Positions 28,736 to 44,224 of a stretch of 64,000 bases of DNA are shown here, one piece after another; position 1 is the first letter of the stretch; every line of letters starts with the position of its first letter. This DNA comes from Chrysomallon squamiferum (Eukaryota > Animalia > Mollusca). The position numbers and the translations under genes are program-made. A model generated the notes under the pieces. That model was not told where the DNA came from. It searched no databases and was given only the letters and a program-made list of their open reading frames with translations. The stretch covers positions 10,974,001-11,038,000 of the forward strand of contig CM022678.1 in NCBI GenBank assembly GCA_012295275.1, in the 5' to 3' direction.

Positions 28736-31234
28736 TATATATGTATATATTTATATATAGAAATATGATCAGATTAAAAAAAGAGATATTTATTTTCAAA
28801 ATAGGGTTTTTTTTTTATTTTTTGGTTTTTGTTCATTAATGTTTTTATATATACAGTATTACTTAAAATGGATAATCAGGATTATTAAAATATACTTTTA
28901 TTCATTTTTTTATCAGAAATGAAAAATTCTGCTTAATTTCTTCTGTAACTATTTATGTGTGTGTCTATATATATATATATATATTCACCAATGTTTGTTT
29001 TTACACAAGATAATATTTACATGGGTCAAAAAACCATTTTTTTACTGCAGTTTACACTGATTACAGATGCCATAAATATAATTTTTTTAAATTTCTGAAT
29101 TCAGTTATAACACTATTTTCAGAAGGAAAGCTCAAACTCTACACAACAGTGTAAGCTGAAACAGAGCCACATTTGGAATGGGAAATGTCACAAACAGAAA
29201 TAGTCAAAGCTGGGTTATCATTATTTAACTGCTAATCAGGCCTCAGTCTACACCACTAAGCCGCTGGAACTACTGATCCATCCATACTAATCAAACATAA
29301 ATTTGTTTATTTTTCACAAATCTGTTTTAAATTCAGAACTGATGGGAGAAGTTACAGTGACGCCAGAGGAAATGGTGTAAATACAAGAAAATCACACAAT
29401 TATTTAACATTAGTGTCAGACATTCATCTTTTTATATGTCCCCATTTCTTTGAAATACAATTATCTTCATGGATTTAAAAAACTAAAGAAAAAAGAAAAA
29501 AAAGATTAAAGAAAAAAGAAATGAGAAAGGAAAGAAAATTTATCGATTCTAGAAAACCTTACTCCATTATTTGCTCCCGAATGTTAAATATTTAATAAAA
29601 AAAAATTAATTTGCAACTTCAAGTTCCAATTTTTATTTTGTCAGAGTATTGTATTAATGTTTTTACTATTTTATTATATATTATTATTATACATACATAC
29701 ATATCAATGTATTAATTTGTGTGAATATGCAATCATACGCACAAAATCTCGTTCTGCAAAATAAAAATGTATTTATTTTGTGCAGCTAATCTCTAACATG
29801 AATAAAAATATCTGTAAATCAGTCTGTCTGTTAGTCACACTAGTACATGTCCAACAACTTACTTCAGTGAGATCAATCACCATTTAAAACATCCATACTG
29901 GAAAAAAAAAAAAAACTATCAGAAAGTCATCTACACCATCCCCTTCATTCCACCAGCAATATCTCATCCTGGGTTTACACTGCTGATATTTAAAAACATT
30001 TAAAGATTTTATTTTCTGCTCGATTTTAAAACCAACCGGTCAGATTACAGGACTGATAAAACAAGCAGGTTATAAACTGTAACAAATCTTTTTGTTTGTT
30101 TGTTTTTAATTAACTTTTTTTTTTCTTCTTTTTTTTTCAATTTATTTTATTTATTTAAATTCATTTATAGTTAGTTAAGCAGAAAGATTTTTCTTTGCAA
30201 AAAATCAGTATCCATGCAGCTTGACATTTATAACATTATTTTCCATTCCAAACAAAGCTCCATAATCATAATGTATCAACATGCACTAAGAAAAATAATT
30301 AATAATTTTTACTGAAACTAAGTCTTTTTTTTTTCTTCTTTTTTTTTTTATATATAACCAATTCAGATTATTCACTATAACACCAGTAATAAAATTAATA
30401 ATTTGAACAGAAATCAAATCTTTTTTCAACTATTAAAAAGGAAAAAAAAAACATATTACAACAGAAGAAAGAATACAGCAAAGTAAGATAATCACATTTT
30501 GCTGACCCTGGATGCCACAGAGTTTTATTTCTAGCTTTGTTAATAATGAATTAACAAATTTGATTTAACAGATCCCAGTGTCTCTGCAGGAAGGAAGATA
30601 TAATTTATTTAATGACGCACTCAGTACCACTTTTAATCTGTCGTTACACAGTGTCATTACACACGTTACAGATCTGTTATAAAGCAATCATCAAGATTAT
30701 GGCAATGTGGAATCTGAATAAAAAATAAACAAATAAATAAATAGACTGACAGACATGATTCATACTCTGGGAAGTTCAAATCACTGGACTGACAGGTTAT
30801 TGTAATCAGCATAAACAGCTTTAAACAAATTTCAATGAGGGTCAAAAAAAAACTGAAAAAAACAAAACAATAAAAAAAACTACACAACACATGACCAAAC
30901 ATGTTGGTCGTAACTGATTAAACAAGCATGCGATAAAACAGCTGGCTGTTTGTAAACCCTCCGTACTAACAATGCTCTAATGCTAATAACTAAACTCTGC
31001 TGTTCAGTCTTGCAAATGTGGGACTGGATTAGACAAAAGTTATTTATAATTGATTTCAGTGTAATTACTAGTTACTGTGTTTTTCTGTGCAGTGGACTGT
31101 GCTGAAAGAATTAACAATTGTACTTTACGAGATATTTAGTAATCTGCCCATTTGTTTTCTGAATCAACTCACACAAATGTCTGAAGTTGGAAATAATAAT
31201 AATAATAATAATAGTAGTAGTAGTAGTAGTAGTA

Positions 31235-31265
<31 letters not shown>

Positions 31266-31804
31266 TAGGAGTAATAACAGCAGCAGAAGTACAAGTAGCA
31301 GTAGCAGTGGTTGTTGTAGAGATGTCAGTAATAGTTTAGCTTCAAGGGTAGCAGGACAGACACTGGGAGTAAGCTCACATAGAAACAAAAATATTGTAAA
31401 AGACAAAATGAGAGAAAACAAAACAAAAGCAGGAAGTAAGGCACACAAAGATTGGGATGTTAAGAGTTTTTTCATTACCCCAAAAGTCCAATGCAAAAAA
31501 ACCAGCTCCCTAGTTTATTTTTCCAAATCTGAAATATTTCAGTGACTTATTTACACTGATCCAAAATCAAAGAACAAAACTGATCCCCTCCCTAGTTCAT
31601 TTTTTTTTTTTTTTTTTTTTTTTGCGTTACATAATCTAAATACGCTGCCCACTTTAGTACTCTTAACCCTCAGAAATATCTCTTCAGTCCCTGGGAGGTA
31701 GGTAAACCCCTGACAACCTTGAACACACCTGTTTTGTTAGGTCACGAAATAACAAAGAAAGATTGAGTGTAATTTAACATTTGTTATTATTAATACATAA
31801 GGGG

Positions 31805-31862
<58 letters not shown>

Positions 31863-33532
31863 AAATGAGTGTGCATGCATGTATATATACTATATGTATG
31901 TGAGCATGTTTGTGAATCTGGTGCATGCATGTTATACGTGTATCTGCGTGTGCATGCATGCATGGGTAGGCTACATACATTTAGTGACTTAAATATATTA
32001 AATTTTGATTATAGATAAAATGCTATGTAAAAGCTAAAAGAACACTAAATTTAATGAAATAAAAACAGAAACTTGAACACGTCACAGAGTTTAAGCTTGA
32101 TGATGAAAATTATTATTAATCTGTAATTTGAGGAAAGAAACTGACATTTTGTTTGACAAAAAATCAAATTCCATTAACATTTCCATTACCTAGTGTGCTG
32201 AAAATCAGTCTAACCATATTAAAATATTTTCTTATTGTTTAATTGTAGCTTTTATCATCTTTTTTTTTTTTTTTTATTCCAAGAAAAATTAGTAATGGTA
32301 TTTGCAGAAAAAAAAAAATAATAATAATAATTTTTTTTTTTTTTTGTAAACATTCATCTTCAGAAGAAAATATAAATTTATCTTTTTGGTCAACTTTCCA
32401 CAATTATTACTAATCAAATTCACATTTATCTAAGCTAAATATATCCAACAGTGTTTTTATTTTAAAAATCCTACATGCTGTCTAAACCTATTTGTCGTAT
32501 TACTTTTTAATAACTTTTTTAGAACTTCTTAAATTTAATACTCCAGTGGCTGAAAACTAATACTTACTTTTTAATATGTTTCATAATTTTAATCAAAAAA
32601 TACCTGCTACAAATCTTACGCTGATTATAAATTAATCAATTTGCTTTTCATTATGTAATCTTGACAAACAGCAGCTCAAACCCTGCTTATCTGAAAACTG
32701 AGGCAGTATGTAACAATGGTCTAAAAAAAATCCTTTATACTTACAAGTTATTAATTTATTGTTTTGATCAGTCTGTCTTCACTCATAACAAAGTAATATT
32801 TATAACGTAAATTAAATCTTATTTATAATATTACTAATTAAAGGGTATTTGTGGTGGTATAAATAAATAGTTCACAAATGTTTGGTTTAACACTCTCAAG
32901 TTATTATTTTATTGTTTTTGATTATCTATTTCCATTAAAGACAAAGTATGATAATAATACAAAAGATATTTCTATTTTTTCTGTAGTCATAACACAATTA
33001 AAAACCCAGCTATGAATCTGCCATGTACACTAATGAAGCCACATCATGTTGTGAAGAAATAAAACAGCTGTAAATTGAAAAACAGCTGCAGCCAAATATT
33101 TTATAACTTTATGCTTTTGTTGGTGTACGTCTTTGTTAATTAAGAATAGACAAAAAAAACAACCTAAAAACTGAACAAAATAACAACATTGAAAAGGATA
33201 AAGACATTTTTTTTTTTTTTTTTTTGTTGTTGCTTAGACCATTCATTCATACTGCCATAGGTAAGTGTGAAACAATGAGTAACTGAATGTGTCTGAATCA
33301 TTTTGTTAACTGGCCGGATACCTTTTCAGCCATCCAGTATCGCGGAAAGTCTTCACATACTGTGCATTTATCAGCACCCATGCAAACTTTACATCAATGG
33401 AAGAACATTACATGCTGCACATGAAACTCAGTGCTTACATGTTACTGTCTGAAAAATACAATTCTCAGAAATTACCAATCTCTTAGACATAGAAAATTTC
33501 ATACGACACTTTTCACATAAAACAAAGAAGAA

Positions 33533-33580
<48 letters not shown>

Positions 33581-34214
33581 TAAATTTTAGTTCTGTTTTA
33601 GATTTTACTATTGTTTTAAGGTGTTTAAATTTGTTTTTGTTTGTTTTGTTTTTTTGGAAGGTATTAATTTATTTAATACTACTTTATTTTACTTTTTTCT
33701 TCTTAACAGATACTTTCTTTCAATCAGTGATTTCAGCATTAATTAGTAATTTCAAACATTCATGACTGAATGACAATTGATAATACACATATTTCTTCTC
33801 TTTATTTTATTTATTAATTTTACTTTGTGAAATGATAAAAAATAAAATCGTCCTAACTACAATTACTTGGAAAACATTATTTATTCCTTTTTTCTTTTTC
33901 CTTAAAAAAAAATAATAATAATTAAAAATCAAAATATTAATTTCAAAACTATAACTTCTGAAATAAAACATTATCATGATAACAATTTAGAAAACTAAAA
34001 TAACATACTAACTGTTCTAACTTGACATCAATGACCAGAGATAATTAGATCCATTATTAAAGTTCTTAATGTTATCTAGAGTAGTTGATTTTCTTTTATT
34101 AACTGATTAAACAAACACAGTGGCAGAATATCAAATAAAGTTATTTAAACCAAACAGTGTTTATATCAAAGCTTTATTCACTAACATGTATTAATTAGTT
34201 TTCTAGCACTGGCA

Positions 34215-34430
34215 ACTGAACATCAAACATTTCTTTGAAGAGATCACTAGATCATACTGATTGTCTACATTGGTAACTTAATATCAAACATTTGTTTGAT
34301 GTAATCACTACTACATATTGATTAATTTTTCTACCAGTAGATATTGAATATCAAACATTTGTTTGAAGCAATCACTAGAACATACTGATTAATTTTCCAC
34401 CAATGGATATTGGATTTCAAACATCTGACT
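34215..34430. repeat. Degenerate tandem repeat of about 60-70 bp, about 4 copies (aatatcaaacatttgtttga..atcacta)
   Basis: Recurring core visible. Confidence 0.65.
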
Positions 34431-36570
34431 AGACAGAATAATCATCTACCAATGTACCACTGACAAGTTAAGTCTCAGAACAAACTTTTCCCGCTAACAG
34501 CAAGATATATGTACATATATGCATGTATCTACATGTGTACAAAACCCACACATACACACTGACATACCATCCCATTAACTGTCAAATATATTCTAAAGAA
34601 CATTCAGTTGTTGTAATGGGAAGAAACCCAATTTATTTCAACGAATCTGAACAAGAAGAATATTAAAAAAATAAAAAATAAAATTTATGAACTATTTGCA
34701 TTACAATGAGTGGTGGTAATACAGAAGAAAATAATAGTAACATTCTATGACTCATCTGAGACAAGGTATCTTTCCCTGTTGAATTCTTTTGATTGAAAAA
34801 CATGGCACTATGTTATTAGTCATATTAGTATTTTTACAGTGAATCAGTTCTAACACTGGATAATGTTTAATAATTTTACTAAATTTAAATAGACTTAAAA
34901 CATATGCATACAGTATACAAACAATATAACAATATAATGAATACTGATATTAATAAATGATTGTTTAAAGTCTGAATGAATAAATTCTATTATAGTACCT
35001 CATCCAACCACAAACAGTAATTAAACAGTGGCTGAACAAAACTGAGAATATTAAAATTTTGCTAAAGAACTGAAATTTAGAATCATGCAACATTAAAATA
35101 TTATATGATTTAATGTGTATTAATATAAATAATAAATCATAATATGATTCATTTTCTCTTCTTTTTGAATTATAATAATAATAATAAAAATAATAATAAA
35201 AATAATAACAATAAATTCAAAAAAATAAAAAATAAAAAAATAGGAAAGGAAAAAAAGCCGCTTACTAATATTAAATTCTGAAATATAAAAGTACGAACTT
35301 AAATGTATTTATTTTATATTATATATTACATATATACAGATTGTAGATAAAAAAAAAACTTTGTTCATTATAACTGAAGTAAACACAGTTAAATAAATAC
35401 AAACCTATTTAAATAACCAACAGCAACTTGTTACAAAAAATTTAAGATCACATTTACCGGAAACATCAAAACTGCGCCACCTATTACAGATTTATAGTCA
35501 ACGACACACAACTCTAATAATTGGTCTCACACCATAAAATAGATTTTTATTATATTTGATTTTATTGCTGTTTTGAAAGATATATTAATATCAAAGTACT
35601 ATTTGTAATTTCACTGGAAGTAACTTTTATTTTTTTATCCATAAATCTGTAAAAAATATTACTAAATTAAAGCATATTTAGGGTAATAAACTAATTTAGT
35701 CCTTATACGCTTATTACCAAGGATTTTTGAAACGGAAATACCTTGTTTTCGCTGCTGCTGTTGTTTAAGGAGCAGCTGAAGGTAATGACAAATAGGGCGC
35801 CACCTCACCTATATGAGATCTTCAAAATATAAAGCGGAACATATTAAAGAAATGAATAAAATAAAATAATAAAGTGTGAAAATAGCTAGAGTGAAGCCAA
35901 ATTGTCGAGAAGCTGATTATTAATTCTTAATGTTTTTGGATCAAACTGAAAAGAATTGACAAAGGATAATATCCACGGCCATCATCCACATCGCCGATAT
36001 TAAAATGTCTGTTAAACCCTAGAAACCCTAGGACCTGTTGTTTAATCATTTTCTATCATACCGTACACTAATTATAAATAACTTTTAAAGAAAAGGAAGC
36101 CATATCAGATTAAGGTATAATAATAATAATAATAATGACACATGCGTTTGAATAATAACCATATCAACAATAATAATTTGAAATAATCATTTTTAATATC
36201 AAATGGAAATATTTTATGAATTAATTTTTGTTATTCCTGTTACGTTACTTTGCTGTGTTTGTTACTAAAGACGCGTCAGAGCAGATTTTCTGTAAAATAA
36301 TTACCTAAGGTAAATAATGAACACAACAATTCTGACGTACTCGGACGCAAATTTAACTCTCTTTCTTGTAAGAGTAACTAATATTTTGTACTATATAAAT
36401 AAGTACTGAGTAGATTCAGAATATTCATACTCAGCCGTCTTAGAAACACACGTAAATAAACAAATCGGCCTTTTCCGAACAATGAAAAGTATCCTTAGAG
36501 GCTGAAGAATTGATTATTTTAAAATTTTACTATAATTTTCAGGAATTTTGAAAACGTGTTGATCTACGAA

Positions 36571-36580
36571 GTGACGTCAC
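36571..36580. promoter_or_regulatory. Palindromic CRE (GTGACGTCAC) in the SERINC upstream / divergent promoter region
   Basis: Perfect TGACGTCA at 36572-36579, about 570 bp upstream of the SERINC ATG, in a CpG-enriched zone with CGGAAG ETS-like motifs. Confidence 0.55.
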
Positions 36581-36613
36581 GATAAAGATAACGTTAACAT
36601 TCTAGAGACTGCG

Positions 36614-36670
<57 letters not shown>

Positions 36671-37150
36671 TGTTTTTAGCTTAAATTGGTCGCAACAATT
36701 AACCTGGAAATACAGATAGTCTTGCAGTATCTTAACCAGTTCAAGATGATGTATATTACAATGTAAATCATAATTATAATTTTGTACAATCAATGTCAGC
36801 AAAGATACGGTGACATTAACTGATTAAGATACTTCGGAAGTAATTTTTAAAATTATGTTATCAGGATTTGTTAATAACAAAAGTAAAAAGAAAAATTAAT
36901 GTCTATTCGCCTATGTGTATCTTCCATTTTTATTGTTACCAGTACTCTTTTGAGGTCAAAGAATTTAAACTGTTATGTGAGACCGCATATTCCCGGATAT
37001 AGAATCTGAATAACTATCACAAGACGGTAGCCATATTTCTGTAATATAAACACGGAAGGATTCCGGTTTTTTAACCGATATCTGATTTATCTCAGGATAA
37101 AACTGAGAAACTATATTTCTAATCGAAAGAGCAGATAATTGTGAGGAACT

Positions 37151-37171
37151 ATGGGTTGCATTGTTGGAACG
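37151..37171 (+). CDS. SERINC: SERINC exon 1 (MGCIVGT)
   Basis: ATG at 37151 and donor ACG|GTAAAT; phase 0 joins to LACC; MG start typical of SERINCs. Confidence 0.8.
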
Positions 37172-38032
37172 GTAAATACAAAATCTTCCAGTATTACAAT
37201 TAGTTGAATTAGTTAATTTAGTCTGACTCTTAGTCTTAGTCTACCTTTGTTTTTGTTTTGATTTTTAAAAACATTTTATATTATAAAATTCTTATGGAAG
37301 TTTTTTTTTATTTTTTATCGTCATTCGTTTTAAAACGTTTTTTTTTTTTATTATTATTATGTGTATTTTCTTATTTTCATATCATTATCTTTTATGATTT
37401 ATCAGGTTATTAAACTTGCATACGACAGATGAAATATTAAATTAAGAATGCAACAAAGGTAGTCAATGAGTCATTTTAAAAATTCAAAATAATTTATTAG
37501 TAATAGTTACAATTAATGTCAAGATATTTGTCATTATTTGATATATCTACTGATTTAGAATTTCAAGTAAAAGTCAAACAACAACAAACAAAAATTATAA
37601 TAAATGTTACCAAGTAACGATCATTATGTTATTAACAATTTGGCCCATTATTTTATAGTGACATAGAAATATTAGGTATGGTTTATGTGTAATTTTCTTT
37701 TTTCACAAGATTTTCACATTTAGTTAGTTTTGTACATTTTGGAAATTTGCTTATAGGATAAAACTGATTAATATCATTTGATATTCATTTACACTTTTTT
37801 GTTTAACAAATATTTTTATTAAAATATTAACACAAATGATTTTTTTTTTTTTTTTTCTTAGTATGTACTTAGTTATCATTTAATATTTGATTAAAAAGTG
37901 TTTGTGATTATTATTATTTGATATCCATTTGCATTTTTCTGTGTAACAACATTTTTTTATTAAAATATTGACACAAATGATTTTGTTTTTGAATTTTCTA
38001 AACACTTAATTGTTATTTATGTGTTTATTCAG

Positions 38033-38197
38033 CTGGCATGCTGCATCGGTCCGGCAGCCTGCAGCTTGTGCTGTGCATGTTGTCCGTCATGCAAGAACTC
38101 CACCGCAAGTCGAATTGCATATGCGTTCATGTTGATTGTTGGAACCATTGTAGCTGCAGTGATGCTGTCACCAGGCTTACGAACTGAGCTTGATAAA
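38033..38197 (+). CDS. SERINC: SERINC exon 2
   Basis: LACCIGPAACSLCCACCPSCKNSTASRIAYAFML is the Cys-rich SERINC N-terminus; AG/GT boundaries; 165 nt. Confidence 0.96.
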
Positions 38198-38461
38198 GTG
38201 AGTTCGCTTATCATTATTGTTTTCATTACAGTCCTGTCACGATGTCTAGTCTTATTAATATTATTATTATTATTATTATTATTATCTTCATAATTATTAC
38301 TCATTTTGTTGTTGTTATCATTGGTTGTTTTGCTATTTTTATTATTGTTATCATCATATTTTTTATTATTAATTTTAATATTATTATTATTATTATTATT
38401 ATTACTTCACTGTTGCTGTTGTTGTTGTTGTTGATATTGTTACTACTATTTTCACTGACAG

Positions 38462-38670
38462 GTTCCAGGTCTGTGTAAGGATTTTATAGGAGATGCAGGA
38501 GGAGACTTGGTCTCCTACCAGCTCCTACAGAAACAGCAGTGTGATTCTTTCGTTGGCTATCTCTCAGTCTACAGAGTTTGTTTTGCGATGACAATGTTCT
38601 TCTTGTTGTTTTGTGTTATCATGGTCAAAGTAAATTCATCAAAGGACCCACGATCAGCAATCCAGAACGG
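38462..38670 (+). CDS. SERINC: SERINC exon 3
   Basis: VPGLC...CDSFVGYLSVYRVCFAM...VNSSKDPRSAIQNG; canonical splice sites. Confidence 0.95.
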
Positions 38671-39543
38671 GTAAAAATAAATTTTTAAATATTAAAGATG
38701 AATACATCTGAAAACTTATCTGTTAAAAATTGGAAATGTTATTAATAATAGTTATTGCTTTTAATATCATTATTGTTATTACTGGAGAAATAATAATGGG
38801 TTTTGTTATTAACTGTAGTACTAAGTGATGTTAATTTTGGAAATAGAAATGAGCATAATATCATGAAATACTGAATTTTAAAAGCAAAACATTTTTGTTA
38901 TGTTAGTTTCTTCAACACCAAGATTGTTATTCTTTATTATTAGTTCGATAAAAGTAACAGTAATTGCATATTGTTGTTGTTGTTATTGTTATTATTATTA
39001 TTATTATTGTTATTGTTATTATTATCATTATTACTTCATTATTATTTTATTTATTATTATTTATTATTATTTATTATTTATTCTTTGTTTCTTAATTTTT
39101 AATATTTTTAAATTTGTATTATTACACAATTCATGATATTCCTATGAAGTTGGTAATATATCTTTCAAGAGCAATTTAATATTCTGAAAAGCAATTTTAT
39201 TTTCATTTCAGTTTCTTTAATAATCATATTAACAAAATATCAGTGTTATTTGTGAAAAGAATATAATTTTATAATTAAAATGACAGTATAAACTTAATAT
39301 GTGTTAATTATGGAGGGGAATAATGCATTTCATGTTCATATATTATCTTCATAATAATGATAATTATATTTTTATATATCCAAAAATTATTTTCATTTCA
39401 TTTATCTTAACAAGCTTATCTAATTTTTTTTTTTTTTTATTTTTATTTTATTTTATTTTTTTTTTGTCTTTAGGATATTAGCAAAAGAGCTAAATGGCAA
39501 ATAAAATATGTTATATAATTGTAAATATTTTTTTTAATTGCAG

Positions 39544-39623
39544 ATTTTGGTTTTTCAAAGTTCTCATTCTCATAGCTATCTGTGTCGGAGCTTTCTTTAT
39601 TCCACGGGGCTCGTTTGGAAACA
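39544..39623 (+). CDS. SERINC: SERINC exon 4
   Basis: FWFFKVLILIAICVGAFFIP; phases consistent (2 to 1). Confidence 0.95.
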
Positions 39624-40147
39624 GTGAGTTATTTTTAAATTATTATACTTCATTATTCTTCATTTTCTATTATATCATTTTGTCATAGTTAGTAATGCTT
39701 ATTATCGTTGTTATTTATCATTACCATTATCATCACCATGTTATCACTTTTATTATTATTATTGTTGTTGTATATTATTATCATTATTATTATGATTGTT
39801 TTAATTATCGTTATTGTTGTTAATGTTGATGTTGTTGTTGCTGTGATTGTGTACCAGTTCTTAATGTAACAGTTGATAAACATGCTTACTTACTCGGTTA
39901 ATCAAGTGATTTTTTGAAGAATAATAAAAATATTTAAACAAATGAACAATCCAAGTCATAAACAATAGACTTTTAAATCTGATTTCAGTCTTTGTCTCTT
40001 TCTTTTTGTTTTTTTTAATTTTTATTTTATTTTTTTTAAATCCATTTTTTTTTTTTTTTTTTTAACGTTCATATTTCTTTTTTAATTAATTGTCTTTTTT
40101 TTTTTTTTCTAACTTTTTTCTCTCAATCTTTTAAAAACTTGTCTCAG

Positions 40148-40285
40148 TTTGGATGGTGTTTGGGATGGTTGGTGCATCCATTTTCATCATCATTCAGCTG
40201 ATTCTCATCATCGACTTTGCACATGGTTGGGCGGAGACCTGGGTGCAGAAGTATGAAGAAACAGACGCCAAGTGCTACTATTTCG
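40148..40285 (+). CDS. SERINC: SERINC exon 5
   Basis: WMVFGMVGASIFIIIQLILIIDFAHGWAETW contains the conserved QL..DFAH.W motif. Confidence 0.96.
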
Positions 40286-42289
40286 GTAAGGAACAAACAA
40301 AATTACGGGGGTGGGGTATTTTTTATTTTTTATTGTTTTACATTTTAGACCAATCTTTTAACAAGTTAATGTACGTGTTTGATGCGAATTAGGTTTATTG
40401 GTAAAAGATTCCACTATCAGATTGTGTCAGAATATGAATAATATTGTAATAGAGCATTCCACTTTGAGGTAAAAATATTTTTGAGAAAAAAAGAAAAAGA
40501 AGTAAAAAAAAGGGAAAAAAAACAGTTTCTTGATTACATTTTCAAGTTCAGGTTGATCTCTCTCCTTTTTTTTTTTTTTTTTTTGAATATCCATTGTTGT
40601 TGGGTAAAATTGCGCATTAATTTATTGATTGATTCATTCGTTAAGTATTGAGCTTTTGTGTTGATCATTGATTCACAGTCAGATTATGTGAATATTGATT
40701 GGGGTTTCACAGACTGTAACTTATTTTTATTGATTGTTTTGTTTATTACCTGTGTTGACTTATTCGTAACCACGAGAAACAGAAAACTGTGAAATATGTG
40801 ATATGTTTTGTGTCAGTTCTTTACTTTCTGTTTATTTAAATACATAGGTAATAAATTGTTATGATATATCTGTAGAGAGAGACATGTTTCTGGGCATTGG
40901 TTCATTATTTTTATTATTATTTTTTTTTTTTTATCTCTCTAAACATAGTAAGTTACAAAGTAAACAAACAAACAAACACAATTTTAAAAAATATCAGAGC
41001 AACCCCAAGATTTAGCGATTTCTTTTTTCTTACTGATTTTTTTTTTTTTTTTTTTAATTTATATATTTTGTTTCTTCATCACATTATACTCTATGGATCA
41101 ATTTGCTTCTGAAGTTATTTTCTGTATAAATTAATATTTATCACTGTATGGAATGACTTGAAGATTTTAGCTGTGAAGTGGTAAAGCAACAGAACTCTGT
41201 TTTTTACTATTTTACTGTCATATTGTTAATGGGAGGTGATGGAAAAACTTAAAAAAAAACTACTAGAATAACTTGAAATTATAATGAATGGTTGAAGACC
41301 TTGTGTTCATGCTGCTGTAGGTATATAAGTATATTTCAGTAATTAATTCACAATTCTCAGACATCCTGCACAATTTCAATTTCCATATTTCCAACTGATT
41401 TAACTTTTAGTAATTAATAAAAACAAAAAAAATTGAAAACAAAGTTTTCCACGTTCTTATGTGTGTATATATATTTGTAAATCCATGGATGTATGGGAGC
41501 ACACACAGACACACAGAGAGACAGACAGATTGTGGTGAAATCAATTCTTACAGGTTTTTAAAATATGTTACCCTGTTTGGTTAAAATGGACCTATTCTGA
41601 AAATTCATCAAAGATGAACATATTTTTGCAAAAAAAATTTGAATGGTCGCATGAAATCGTTTATGAAAGATATTTGTAGAAAAGTATTCTGGTATTGCAT
41701 GTCATACTGAGGAATAATTGAAATCAGTTTATCTGCATTTATCAGCAGAACAGTTTGAATTGATTGGTAATTTTATTGATACAGTCATGCTTTTTATTAT
41801 TCGGTACAATTTTTGTTTGAGTTATTAGATTGTTTTGGAAAGATTTATCATTATTAGACTCGGCTGTCACAGAAATAAAAAACCCATTTAATTATATAAA
41901 TTAGTAAATTTAAAATAAAATAAAATAAAAATAAATAAAAAAACAAAAAACAAAAAACAACAACACTACAATGTTACATGACAAAATAGAAAACAAACAA
42001 ATATTATTATTATTATTATTATTATTTTTTTTTTTTTTTTAATTTGTAGCCAAGGTTTTTTTTAAAATTATTAGTGTCAGTGGCAGTTGAATAAACAATA
42101 AATAATACTGTTATTAATAGTCGACAAACAGTGCAAACTGATAAAATAATCTTTATTTGTTTTTTAATTATTTACTGTCAACTTTAGTACGAGAATGTTA
42201 TTTTTAAGTATCCAGATGTTACTTTTTTCACATAAAGATAACTCACATAGAAGTTAACATCAAGATACAATTAAAAAAATATACAACAA

Positions 42290-42370
<81 letters not shown>

Positions 42371-43105
42371 AAATGGAGTATGCATAATTAAAAAATGAAT
42401 AATGATAATAATAAAAATAGAATTCAGTAAACAGTTCGGATAATTGGTAGAACTGTTATTAGTGAGTTTCTGCCTGAAGCTGAGAGATGATTAAAATCCT
42501 GTATTCAGTTAGAAAACCAGTGGAAGAAGACCACACTCACGACTGTTTGAATACTGAGAAGAAAAAGAAGCCACAGAGCTAGAAAACAAACAGAAATCAC
42601 TAATTGTTTTCTCATTTTATTCTCTTTCTCGCTTTCTGTCTAAATGGTGTTAATACAGTTTCAGCTGATTTGTCACACTGTGTTCAAAGAACAGCATAAT
42701 TCAAACAGGGTTTCCTGAAGAAACAGAAGATTATGCAGGAAATCAGTTCCAACCCAATTTTTTTACTTACAGTTTATGCAGAGTTCTGTACTATGATGGA
42801 GTCTATGAGCTTTATTTATTTAGCAAAGAAATGGTGCAGGTAGAAATATTTTGTTATGTATCGCTGTCAGACTATGTTTAAATTTCAGACTGCGGGTACC
42901 ATGTTGAAATGAGCTTGTTGAGATATTTTAAAATACATCGTTAATGGACCGATGAAGAAATAAAGTCTACTCACCTCTCTGTTCTTCCTACACTCTCAGA
43001 TCTTAGCTTCTGAATCCCACAGACACCCTAAAACACGTTAATACTAATTTTTAATAATATTTCATTGATTGATTTATTTATTTATTTATTTATTTATATT
43101 TACAG

Positions 43106-43182
43106 GTCTGTTTTTCTTTACGGCTGTCTTCTACATTCTCTCCATCACTGGCATTGTTCTCTTCTACGTGTTTTACGCAAAT
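43106..43182 (+). CDS. SERINC: SERINC exon 6
   Basis: GLFFFTAVFYILSITGIVLFYVFYAN transmembrane segment; tacAG acceptor and GTAAGT donor. Confidence 0.93.
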
Positions 43183-43383
43183 GTAAGTCTTTGTTTTAAT
43201 TCACTGACGTTAAACTTTATCTCTGATTCCTGCATAATATACACAAGTATTAGGCTTTTAATGTGGTTTGTTTTAATACTTCTGTACCTTATTTATTCAT
43301 ATATTCATTTTTATTATTATTATTATTATTTAATTATTTTATTTCTTTTAATATTTAAATTCTCCAGAATTATGAGCCAAAAC

Positions 43384-43455
<72 letters not shown>

Positions 43456-43687
43456 CCCTCCGTACTAATTAATCATTTTAACAAGCAACATTTGATGCAT
43501 GTAAACTCTATAATTTCTAAATGGTTTTCACTTTTTCTCCAACTTAGATTTATTCATTTTTCAATCTTTTTTTTTCTTTTCTTTTATATGTATAGTCAGT
43601 TACTCATTTGTTTATTCATTCATTGATTCATTTGTTTATTCATTCATTGATTTATTTGTTTATTCAGTTATTCGTTACTGATTTCAG

Positions 43688-43784
43688 GGAGAGAGCTGCA
43701 GTCTTCACAAGTTTTTCATTTCCTTCAACTTGGTTTTGTGTGTGGCCATCAGCACACTGAGCATTCTACCAATGATTCAAGAGT
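43688..43784 (+). CDS. SERINC: SERINC exon 7
   Basis: GESCSLHKFFISFNLVLCVAISTLSILPMIQE; canonical sites. Confidence 0.95.
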
Positions 43785-43807
43785 GTAAGTATTTCTCTTT
43801 ACTCTTT

Positions 43808-43886
<79 letters not shown>

Positions 43887-44167
43887 ATGTATTCTAATGA
43901 TTTTTTTTATATAATTATTATTTTTTATCAATATTTTTATTTTTATTTTTTACATATTTTTTGGCTATTTGAGTTGAATGTCTTCTTTTTCCCTCTTATT
44001 CTTAGTATTGTTATCATTTTCTTTTTATTTTATTTTATTTTATTTTATTTTATTTTTATTTTTATTTTTATTTCTTTTTCTTTTTCTTTTTGTAATAAAT
44101 AAACACAAACAATAATAATAGTAATAATAATGATAACAGTTATTATTTTTATAATTATTTTTAGCAC

Positions 44168-44200
<33 letters not shown>

Positions 44201-44224
44201 CTTGTTTGTTTGTTTTTCATGAAG

